A stretch of 10,094 bases of DNA from UHGV virus genome UHGV-0117807. One strand, 5' to 3'. Positions 1-6,141 of the stretch are shown piece by piece; positions within the stretch are counted from its first letter, which is position 1, and each line of letters opens with the position of its first letter. A program made the position numbers and the translations under genes. Below the pieces are notes generated by a model. It saw nothing but the letters and a program-made list of their open reading frames with translations. It had not been told where the DNA came from and did not search any database. Source of the DNA: a virus.

Positions 1-1237
1 GCACACTACTGATGCGATTACCGGCGGCCCATTCGCGAACGAGGATACCGCGGTCGATGTGATCTGTAGCGAACCACAATTTCAAAAACTGGATTAAGGT
101 TGCGAGTTCAGGGATTTTTCCATCGACAGGGAAGACTTTCTTAACGGCATTCACGACTTTATGAATATCGTGCTCAATGGCTTTTTTGAATGCTTCCACA
201 TTCTCAGCTGCCAGCAGCAGGTTCTGGACGTACGCGTCATCGGTGTCCATCTCAAGGCGGACAATCTCATTTTTCTGCCCTGCGTCGATGTGATAGAGAT
301 ATTCACCATCACCGATGAACTGAGCCAGTACGCGCTGGCGGAATGGCAGGGTGGCAACAACGATCAGGTTCGGTTGCTGTGTCTGCTGGGATTGCTCTTC
401 GGTATCGACTTCACCATCAACGACGCCACCTTCTGCCCGGCCGTTCTCGTCGGTCTGGATACCGTCCTCAACAGTGAGATCTTGACCCGTTGTAACGTCA
501 GCAGCGTTGCTGGTTTCAGTTTTGAGCAACTGCAACTTACCACTGCGCCAGTCTTCTACCAGTTGATTGCGGTCACCGGCATCGGTGTTCACCCAGTCAG
601 ACATGAATGCAGCGATCAATCTTGGTTCGTGCTCTTCGTCTGGTGTGAAAATGTCCTTAACCGCCCGAATCATTTTCCACTCAGCATTCAGGCTGAGTTT
701 GGCGGTCGCGGGCACATCGTTCCTTGCCACAAGCAGGCTATGGAGATATGTATTGCCTTCATCCAGTGACATTTCGCTGGCAGCCAACTGCTGCTCTTTA
801 GTGACGTGGGTTTGGTATTTATCGTTCATCAGATGGACGGCAAAGCGGACCGCTGGAGTACGGTTTTCAACCGGGACAATTTCGGACGCAGTCGCATCTT
901 CAACGATTACGGTCGGAGTAGGTGTGTAGGGGGCGTCAACGGAACCAGTAGACACACCAGCGGCTTTTGGCAGCCAGGTGCGCCCATCGTCCTGAAGCTC
1001 GTAGCGATCACACCAGGTAAAATCAACTTCACCTTCTTTCGGCAGGCCGTCGACAACTGGGAAATCAGTGCGAATCGGTTTGGCGTAGTCCTTACCCCGA
1101 CCTGTTTCGATACCTGCATCTTCCAGCGCAACATCCAGCATCAGATTGGCGCGAGCCTCGGTTTTAGCAGTGAACCAGACCACTGCATCTTGCTTTCCGG
1201 ATTTCTGAGTGGCTTTAACCACATTAAAGAATTCCAT
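1..1237 (-). CDS. recE: RecE-like exodeoxyribonuclease VIII, N-terminal ~412 codons; gene continues past the window start (partial)
   Basis: Not in the ORF track because it is open at position 1. Own translation of the minus strand from ATG (rc of 1235-1237) gives MEFFNVVKATQKSGKQDAVVWFTAKTEARANLM...DFPVVDGLPKEGEVDFTWCDRYELQDDGRTW...DRGILVREWAAGNRISSV with no stop down to position 2. A GAGGA Shine-Dalgarno sits 6 nt upstream and an in-frame stop lies at 1247-1249. The FPVV(D/N)xLPxEGExDFTW and DRGxLxxEWxxGNR(I/V)S blocks match my recollection of the E. coli Rac RecE N-terminus. Recall-based, not searched. Confidence 0.6.
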   Translation of the reverse strand, partial: MEFFNVVKATQKSGKQDAVVWFTAKTEARANLMLDVALEDAGIETGRGKDYAKPIRTDFPVVDGLPKEGEVDFTWCDRYELQDDGRTWLPKAAGVSTGSVDAPYTPTPTVIVEDATASEIVPVENRTPAVRFAVHLMNDKYQTHVTKEQQLAASEMSLDEGNTYLHSLLVARNDVPATAKLSLNAEWKMIRAVKDIFTPDEEHEPRLIAAFMSDWVNTDAGDRNQLVEDWRSGKLQLLKTETSNAADVTTGQDLTVEDGIQTDENGRAEGGVVDGEVDTEEQSQQTQQPNLIVVATLPFRQRVLAQFIGDGEYLYHIDAGQKNEIVRLEMDTDDAYVQNLLLAAENVEAFKKAIEHDIHKVVNAVKKVFPVDGKIPELATLIQFLKLWFATDHIDRGILVREWAAGNRISSV

Positions 1238-1377
1238 GTGAGATCCTCATTTTTGGGTGTTAGAATCCCCGGACCATTGATAGCGCCCATTGGGTTAACT
1301 TTGGTTTTAATGTTGTTTCCGGTGTAACTTTGGTCGGTGAGGCCGGACATGGCGGGCCCACTTCGGTGGGCTTTCGC

Positions 1378-1665
1378 TTAACTGACGGCTACGATCGCCT
1401 CATTCATAAAATCTTGCTTGTATGTACGGTAGGTTCCCCAGCCGGCGTAATCGCTATCGCTGATTTTGAGTACCAGCAAGCTGATCTCCTCAATGGCGCA
1501 GTGCGGGCAATCAAACTTGCCAAGCACATAGCCACCGTCGAGAATGACTGTTGTTTCACCGTTTGTAGTTGAGTGAATAACGCCTGATACTTTCTTCTCG
1601 CAGTTGAATGCAGCCACTTCTTTATTCACTGCTTTCAGGTTCATTTCGATTTTTACGATTTCCAT
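1378..1665 (-). CDS. Hypothetical 95-aa protein at the RacC-equivalent position; contains CxxxC and CxxC pairs
   Basis: ORF-track ORF with GGAG 5 nt upstream of the ATG. It sits between the recE-like and ydaE-like genes on the same strand, and its size (95 aa) is close to Rac RacC (~91 aa). No recognisable catalytic motif. Confidence 0.5.
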   Translation of the reverse strand: MEIVKIEMNLKAVNKEVAAFNCEKKVSGVIHSTTNGETTVILDGGYVLGKFDCPHCAIEEISLLVLKISDSDYAGWGTYRTYKQDFMNEAIVAVS

Positions 1666-1750
1666 AAAATCTCCAGTTGTTAAATTAAGGGTGTAAGAAG
1701 CCGCGCCAAATTAATGGCGAATTTTTCATTTCATATTTCAGGACTGCTAT

Positions 1751-1909
1751 TTAACTTTCGTGCGCCATCTGGTCGTATTCAGCGCATTGCTTAGAGCAAT
1801 ATTCTTTTTCTTTCTGTGCCAGTTGCGAACCGTTGAGATAGAGCAAGGTGCTCTTTACTTCTGCGCCTTCTTCAACAGGCTTGTGGCAATAACCACATTC
1901 TTTTTTCAT
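1751..1909 (-). CDS. Small 52-aa four-cysteine (zinc-ribbon-like) protein, YdaE-like by position and size
   Basis: Below the 60-aa cutoff of the ORF track; own translation: MKKECGYCHKPVEEGAEVKSTLLYLNGSQLAQKEKEYCSKQCAEYDQMAHES. AGGA lies upstream of the ATG (rc of 1907-1909) and the stop is the rc of 1751-1753. It has a CxxC plus CxxxC arrangement, and the Rac ydaE product is a ~56-aa protein at the same relative position. Confidence 0.5.
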   Translation of the reverse strand: MKKECGYCHKPVEEGAEVKSTLLYLNGSQLAQKEKEYCSKQCAEYDQMAHES

Positions 1910-1942
1910 CACCTGTCCTTAAAGTGTTTTGGCAACTCTCCG

Positions 1943-2149
1943 TTAATGGCTGAGGCCATTCCCCAGACCGTTCAGATAAACTTCAACCAGCAAATCCCTG
2001 GTGTAAGTCATCTCAACGCCGCGATGCAGATACAAACGACCACGAGCATTAGCTGATGCCGTCCAGGTTGAATCCTTGTGTTTGACGAGCATCCCCGGCT
2101 GAACTGCGCCGCGGTTTACTGTCTGTGTACCGTAGTGCTGGTTTACCAT
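1943..2149 (-). CDS. Small 68-aa protein at the KilR-equivalent position (putative host-killing/division-inhibitor type early gene)
   Basis: ORF-track ORF with AGAGGA 5 nt upstream of the ATG (rc of 2147-2149). It is positionally and size-equivalent to Rac kilR (~73 aa). I cannot confirm sequence similarity from memory. Confidence 0.45.
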   Translation of the reverse strand: MVNQHYGTQTVNRGAVQPGMLVKHKDSTWTASANARGRLYLHRGVEMTYTRDLLVEVYLNGLGNGLSH

Positions 2150-2286
2150 GATTTCCTCTTGGCCTTATCGCGGCGAACGGAACGGTTAATACAAGACTTC
2201 AACGCATTTATTCAGTGTTTCAATGGGCGGTGGATGGCCGCCGGTTGTCATAAATGGGCAGACTCGAAAATCTGCCTATGTATGGC

Positions 2287-2310
2287 CGATAAAAAACCCG
2301 CCGGAGCGGG
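2287..2310 (-). terminator. Rho-independent terminator immediately after the 222-aa gene (tL1-like position)
   Basis: The plus strand reads aaaaaaCCCGCcggaGCGGG (2291-2310). On the minus strand this is a CCCGC/GCGGG stem with a 4-nt loop followed by TTTTTT, starting 1 nt after the stop codon (rc of 2311-2313). Confidence 0.5.
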
Positions 2311-2979
2311 TCATTCATTCTTTGGTATGCCGCAAAGGGCGTTTAGCGTTTCAACGGGAATGGCAAGTGCGGTGCTGGTCGCTTCACGGCGTTCCACCTC
2401 AGGCAAATATGGCACTGCCTCAGGCCACATCTCAGCCAGTTTTTTAACAGTTGAGACTTTGGTTAGAGCACCTTTAACCTGCAATTGGAAGGCATCAACT
2501 TCATCGTAAAGAACGTTGATGGTTACCGTCGATTCAGTGAGTCGGTCGTGTAATTTTCCAACTTTCTTCAGCGTGCTGTAACTTTCAGGAACGAAACCCG
2601 AATCAATTACAGGCGCGAAGGAAGCTCCGAAGAACAGGTCGCTTTCAAGATCGTGCTTACCAATATGTTTTCCACGGTGGCGATAGCGATGATCCAAACC
2701 GTTCCTGGCTAATTCGTGATACTCACCATTAATAATGACCTTTAAAATTGCAGTTTTAGCGCCGACCTGCATCTTGATGAAGGAGTTATCTTTGAAATCT
2801 TCCCGAGCCTTAGTTATTTGCTCATCGCTAGTGTTTTCCTGCTTGAGCAATGCCTGTCGAATTTCTTCAACAATTTTCGCCCTCTCATTAACCGCAGCTT
2901 TCGCTTTCTCAAACAATGGGGATGCGAGAAGCAGGTTATGGCATAGCTGATTTTTAATTTCGTTGTTAAGACGAATCAT
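2311..2979 (-). CDS. Hypothetical 222-aa soluble protein of unknown function (accessory gene in the leftward early operon)
   Basis: ORF-track ORF with GAGGG ~7 nt upstream of the ATG and a dedicated terminator downstream. No obvious transmembrane segment and no Walker or nuclease motif. It has a basic cluster RNGLDHRYRHRGKHIGKH containing R-x4-H spacings. Confidence 0.7.
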   Translation of the reverse strand: MIRLNNEIKNQLCHNLLLASPLFEKAKAAVNERAKIVEEIRQALLKQENTSDEQITKAREDFKDNSFIKMQVGAKTAILKVIINGEYHELARNGLDHRYRHRGKHIGKHDLESDLFFGASFAPVIDSGFVPESYSTLKKVGKLHDRLTESTVTINVLYDEVDAFQLQVKGALTKVSTVKKLAEMWPEAVPYLPEVERREATSTALAIPVETLNALCGIPKNE

Positions 2980-3036
2980 TGACTTACCCTCTGTCGTTAC
3001 CCGCTGATGCGGGAGAAATGCTTTATCTATCAGCTT

Positions 3037-3249
3037 CTACAACTCATCACGAATCTGTGAGAGTGTGCTGATCGCCTGGTAATGACCGCGACGCTGCTCT
3101 TCTGTTTTGAACGCACGCATATCGTCTTTTATCGATGCGATTGCCTTATTCAGAACTTCCACTTGCGCTTCTTTAATCGCCTGTTTGCGTGGCTTCTGAC
3201 GCTTCTTAGGAAGGTCTCTTAAACACGCCGGAATGTATGTCTGAGTCAT
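3037..3249 (-). CDS. Small basic 70-aa protein, first gene downstream of the putative PL; possible N-like antiterminator or other early regulator
   Basis: Strong ribosome-binding site (AAGAGGA, then 6 nt, then ATG; rc of 3247-3249). The N-terminus is Lys/Arg-rich (LPKKRQKPRKQAIKEAQ). It occupies the lambda N position (PL, ~300-nt leader, gene). No sequence identity to lambda or P22 N is claimed. Confidence 0.5.
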   Translation of the reverse strand: MTQTYIPACLRDLPKKRQKPRKQAIKEAQVEVLNKAIASIKDDMRAFKTEEQRRGHYQAISTLSQIRDEL

Positions 3250-3550
3250 AAAAAATCCTCTTGTGATTCAGCCCAGCCCACTCAACTTCGAATGGACTGG
3301 AATAAATCTGTTTGCGCTTCGCACCTCTCATCCCGCCAGTGTTGCCCGTTCCCACGCCTTTATCGCTCTCGCGAGGGGGTAGCCTCACACCGACCGGATC
3401 GCGCCCGGTGCTGCGCCGAATTTGTACGTTGGGGTCTAAACAGGATTACCGAGTGCTGTTCCGACTTTGCATGTTGTTAAAAAGCAGGCGACTTGCTGTC
3501 CGCCGCTGGCTAACTTCGCTCAGCTGTCGATGTTTCGTTTCGATGGGCTA

Positions 3551-3613
3551 ACAATAGCTAAAGCGATTATTTCAGTCAATCGCCAAAACGATATTTACCA
3601 TCGATAAAGCGAT
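3551..3613 (-). promoter_or_regulatory. Putative leftward early promoter and operators (PL/OL-like)
   Basis: On the minus strand there is a TTGACT -35 (rc of 3574-3579), a 17-nt spacer and a TATTGT -10 (rc of 3551-3556). Three copies of the 14-bp palindrome ATCG-N6-CGAT are present: 3579-3592 and 3600-3613 are perfect, 3554-3567 matches 7 of 8. The same palindrome occurs in the cI-cro intergenic region. Confidence 0.45.
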
Positions 3614-3714
3614 AATGCATTGAATGTTAAAGCGATATTTTTTTTAAACGAAGTAGGAAAAAGTGATGTTGAAGGCGGTTTGATGGGAGAGAATTGAAGG
3701 TAGAAGATGGAGGT

Positions 3715-3739
3715 ATAAAAAAACCGGCTTTCGCCGGTT
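3715..3739 (-). terminator. Rho-independent terminator ending the cI-lipoprotein (lysogenic) transcript
   Basis: The plus strand reads aaaaaaaAACCGGCtttcGCCGGTT (3715-3739). On the minus strand this is a 7-bp stem (AACCGGC/GCCGGTT), a 4-nt loop and TTTTTTT, lying 7 nt after the lipoprotein stop (rc of 3746-3748). Confidence 0.6.
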
Positions 3740-3745
3740 GGTTAA

Positions 3746-4222
3746 TCAGTTGCAGTTAACTTTCCTGCCTACGAAGATCAAGTCTCCGTACTCGTCATTG
3801 GTATTCTTAAACCTAAGAACCTGTCCGTTGCGGATAAAGGCCCAGTAGAGTTGCTTACCTGTGTATCCGCCATAAGAATTTTTTGCGTTCACGAAAACAC
3901 ACGTCGAGTAACCGTAAACAAAGTTCCTGTTCTCAACCATAACCTCTTTGCGGAGTGGAGAGAAGTCGCTGAATTTCGCGGAATCAGGATCCTTTAAGGC
4001 ATCCTTGATTGTTGCCTGAACCAGCTCTTTATAGTTCTTTGGCTTTTCACCGACATCGGCTGTTTCAAGATTGATATTTCTCACCTTCTCGGCAAACTCG
4101 GCATCATGTTTTTTAGCCTCAGCCATCTTCTGATCGTAATCAGAAGCAATACGGGCATAAGGTGGTTGCGCACACGCGCTGAGCAATGCAGAGGCGATAA
4201 CTACAGCTGCTAATTTTTTCAT
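3746..4222 (-). CDS. Predicted secreted lipoprotein (158 aa), co-transcribed downstream of cI; candidate lysogenic-conversion or superinfection-exclusion factor
   Basis: The N-terminus MKKLAAVVIASALLSACAQ is a classic signal peptide with lipobox L-S-A-C. The mature part is hydrophilic. The start lies only 35 nt after the cI stop on the same strand, and a terminator follows. Confidence 0.75.
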   Translation of the reverse strand: MKKLAAVVIASALLSACAQPPYARIASDYDQKMAEAKKHDAEFAEKVRNINLETADVGEKPKNYKELVQATIKDALKDPDSAKFSDFSPLRKEVMVENRNFVYGYSTCVFVNAKNSYGGYTGKQLYWAFIRNGQVLRFKNTNDEYGDLIFVGRKVNCN

Positions 4223-4257
4223 CTTCCCATCCCAGAGTAATTACTGTGTAAATTTTG

Positions 4258-4950
4258 TTATGCGAATCTTTTATAATCGACTGACTGTCTCAGCAGTACT
4301 TTAGCCATGACGTAGAACGCGTCCTCATCTTCAGGCTCGACGTACCATTTTTCGTAAATCGGGTTATCGGATATTACTGCCAGCCTGTCTCGCTGCATCT
4401 GCAGGCGCTTAACGTGCAGTGTCTTCCCAAATACGAAGACGTATACACCGTCACCATCAAAGTGCGTAACACCGGTATCAACGAAGATCTGATCACCAGG
4501 TGAAATAGTGCCGTCCATGCTGTCACCATTAACTGTGATCACTTTGACATGCGCAGCTGGACGATTGCCGAACAAGGCTCGCGCCTGCTCAGTCGTGTAT
4601 TCAATGGCTCGGATAGTTTCAATGAAATCGCTGGTGACAATGCTGCCCGGTCCAGCGCTGGCTTTAACGTCGAGTACATCCACGCGGTAAATCCCATTCA
4701 GTGACGGCTTAACCTGGTATAGCGCAGACGGTTCTCTTGCGCTACTGGAAGCCATTTCCCCTTCACCAGTAGACAGCCACTCCGGCCGCACACCAAGAAC
4801 AGAGGCAATCTCAACAGTTTTACGGGAGCCGTTCGCTTCCTTGAGTAGCTTATTGACGCTGGACTGAGCCATGCCGACATCTTTGGCTAATCGGCCCTGT
4901 GTATATCCAGCATATTTCATTGCCTGCGCCAGGCGCTCCGAGAATCCCAT
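4258..4950 (-). CDS. cI: cI-type prophage repressor (N-terminal HTH, C-terminal S24/LexA-like autopeptidase)
   Basis: ORF-track ORF. HTH region YTQGRLAKDVGMAQSSVNKL. Probable Ala-Gly cleavage site in KASAGPG. S24 catalytic Ser in VNGDSMDG and Lys in HVKRL. ATG at 4950 is preferred (AGAGGTGA SD with 5-nt spacing); the in-frame GTG at 4956 is an alternative start. Confidence 0.9.
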   Translation of the reverse strand: MGFSERLAQAMKYAGYTQGRLAKDVGMAQSSVNKLLKEANGSRKTVEIASVLGVRPEWLSTGEGEMASSSAREPSALYQVKPSLNGIYRVDVLDVKASAGPGSIVTSDFIETIRAIEYTTEQARALFGNRPAAHVKVITVNGDSMDGTISPGDQIFVDTGVTHFDGDGVYVFVFGKTLHVKRLQMQRDRLAVISDNPIYEKWYVEPEDEDAFYVMAKVLLRQSVDYKRFA

Positions 4951-4981
4951 ATTCACCTCTGTTAATGACTCCTTTAACTCT

Positions 4982-5063
4982 ATCGCTCAAGCAATTATTT
5001 AGCAAAAAATCGCCTATGCGATTGACATTCGCTAAAGTGATAACCATAATCGCTTTAAACTGA
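4982..5063. promoter_or_regulatory. OR-like operator/promoter region between divergent cI and cro: rightward PR, operator palindromes, and an unlocated PRM
   Basis: PR has a TTGACA -35 (5022-5027), a 17-nt spacer and a CATAAT -10 (5045-5050). A perfect palindrome AATCGCctatGCGATT lies at 5008-5023, with weaker ATCG-N6-CGAT-like sites at 4982-4995 and 5028-5041 and an AATCGC half-site at 5048-5053. A leftward -10 candidate AATAAT (rc of 4994-4999) has no good -35, as expected for an activator-dependent PRM. Confidence 0.6.
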
Positions 5064-5077
5064 TAGCTGAGGTGATT

Positions 5078-5329
5078 ATGAAGACCCCAACAGTAGAGAA
5101 GAACTCCGCAGTAGAGAAAGCGATCGCCATCGCTGGCAGCCAGAAAGAACTGGCAAAACGTTGCGGTAAAGCCCAGTCCACTATCTGCGACTGGCTTAAC
5201 GGAAAGAAACGCATCTCCCCGGTTCACGTTCCTGAGCTGGTGAAAGCGGTTGGTGGTGAAATCCAGGCTCATGAATTCCGCCCGGACCTGCCTTCCATCT
5301 TTCCACACCCTGACAACCATGCCGCCTAA
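5078..5329 (+). CDS. Cro-like small HTH regulator (YdaS/Cro family)
   Basis: ORF-track ORF (GTG 5072 alternative; ATG 5078 preferred, with GAGGTGA SD). HTH region GSQKELAKRCGKAQSTICDWLNG. It is the first gene transcribed from PR, divergent from cI. The C-terminal H-x-x-RPD motif resembles my recollection of YdaS-type proteins. Confidence 0.8.
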   Translation: MKTPTVEKNSAVEKAIAIAGSQKELAKRCGKAQSTICDWLNGKKRISPVHVPELVKAVGGEIQAHEFRPDLPSIFPHPDNHAA

Positions 5330-5359
5330 CCGGCGGCCCTAACAACGAAAGGGAAAGCA

Positions 5360-5905
5360 ATGCATTCACTTGCGTATCAACAAGGTAACAAATTTTCGCC
5401 AACGGCGATGATTTACCAGAATCGCCGGGAACCTGATTCCGCGGCGTTAAACATCGATGGGGTCCGCGCAGCTGTTCGCGCCTGGGCAGCTGATTGCCGC
5501 AGCCGTGAATTTGTCGCTGCTCTGATTGTTGAAGAGTGGCGGGCAACTGGCGGCACTGGTCTGGATATCCCGACTGACTCGCACCGCCAGATGCAGAAGG
5601 TATTTCGCTGGATCGATGGCGACACCGAATACGCCGCCAACAACATTCGCCAGCTGGCCCCGGCAATCATGTCGGTCCTGCCGCTGGAGTACCGAAACCG
5701 TCTGGCGCCGCAGAACGACACGATGTCGCTGATCGCCTCTGCGATGAAAGAGTGTGCCGAGGCTAAACAGGCCGTGCTGCTGGACGCACCAGAGCATCAG
5801 AAGCTGAAAGAGGTAAGCGAGGGTATAGCGTCGCTGTTCCGCCTCATGCCGGAGCAAGTAGGCCCGTTGATGACGATGGTGACGTCGATGCTGGGGGTTA
5901 TGTGA
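5360..5905 (+). CDS. CII-like regulator, YdaT family (181 aa)
   Basis: ORF-track ORF immediately after cro. The segments EEWRATGGTGLDIP and IRQLAPAIMSVLPLEYRNRL resemble my recollection of E. coli Rac YdaT (EEYLRQGGGELPLVP...IQKLIPAILAILPRELRHRL). Recall-based. Confidence 0.7.
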   Translation: MHSLAYQQGNKFSPTAMIYQNRREPDSAALNIDGVRAAVRAWAADCRSREFVAALIVEEWRATGGTGLDIPTDSHRQMQKVFRWIDGDTEYAANNIRQLAPAIMSVLPLEYRNRLAPQNDTMSLIASAMKECAEAKQAVLLDAPEHQKLKEVSEGIASLFRLMPEQVGPLMTMVTSMLGVM

Positions 5906-5994
5906 TGGGAAGTATCAAAAATGGCGAAAGCCAGTCTGCGCGAACAGAACTGGCCTTCAGATGCAAATCGTGTGCACTCATTGCAGGAGGAATA

Positions 5995-6141
5995 ATGGCA
6001 AAAAATCCACGCTATTACCATACCGCTGTACATAAAAACATAGCCCGCGACCGCTTCATCCGCTCGGTTAACCCGATTGTGGCAGAGAAGATGCGCGCCA
6101 TCCTGGAAGAATTGAAACGTAAGGAGAGTGGCCGTGGGTAA
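5995..6141 (+). CDS. Small basic protein (48 aa from ATG 5995; the ORF-track frame extends to GTG 5902)
   Basis: Strong SD AGGAGG (5985-5990) 4 nt before ATG 5995. Product MAKNPRYYHTAVHKNIARDRFIRSVNPIVAEKMRAILEELKRKESGRG. Its stop overlaps the start of the O-like gene. Function unknown. Confidence 0.4.
   Translation: MAKNPRYYHTAVHKNIARDRFIRSVNPIVAEKMRAILEELKRKESGRG

Noticed and set aside
161-1327. Plus-strand ORFs 161..769, 567..929 and 806..1327, and minus-strand ORFs 151..360, 907..1134 and 1141..1350
   Set aside because: All overlap the long minus-strand recE-like frame, either antisense or out of frame. They have no ribosome-binding sites and low-complexity products, and the recE-like frame is continuous and motif-bearing, so these are shadow ORFs.
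2150-2310. Possible cIII-like small gene in the gap upstream of the kil-position gene
   Set aside because: The only minus-strand ATGs in this gap give reading frames of 14 codons or fewer. No plausible small ORF is present, and the gap is better explained by the terminator plus ribosome-binding site.
1330-2509. Plus-strand ORFs 1330..1572, 1760..2056, 2078..2509 and 2223..2447
   Set aside because: They are antisense to the minus-strand 95-aa, ydaE-like, kil-position and 222-aa genes. Their products are Phe-, Cys- or Arg-rich with no start context, and the minus-strand genes have proper ribosome-binding sites and operon logic.
3290-3540. Canonical lambda-type nutL (boxA CGCTCTTA plus boxB hairpin) on the leftward transcript
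   Set aside because: A CGCTCTC-like sequence exists only on the plus (non-transcribed) strand, and I could not find a canonical boxA on the minus-strand transcript. I report a structured leader of uncertain type instead of calling nutL.
3206-3551. ORFs 3292..3480(+), 3312..3551(+) and 3206..3388(-) in the leader region
   Set aside because: Their products are Cys/Arg/Pro-rich with no ribosome-binding site, and they lie in a GC-rich segment. I interpret this as a structured untranslated leader, not coding sequence.
3640-3714. Purine-rich stretch with ATG codons between the terminator and the operator region, considered as a small plus-strand gene
   Set aside because: The longest frame is only a few codons (ATG TTG AAG GCG GTT TGA). 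It is more likely spacer between the lysogenic-transcript terminator and the left operators.
4508-5320. ORFs 4508..4690(+), 4698..4880(-), 4850..5320(-) and 5032..5214(-) overlapping cI, the operator region and cro
   Set aside because: They are antisense or out-of-frame shadows of the well-supported cI and cro genes. The 156-aa ORF 4850..5320 would span the whole operator/promoter region, which is implausible.
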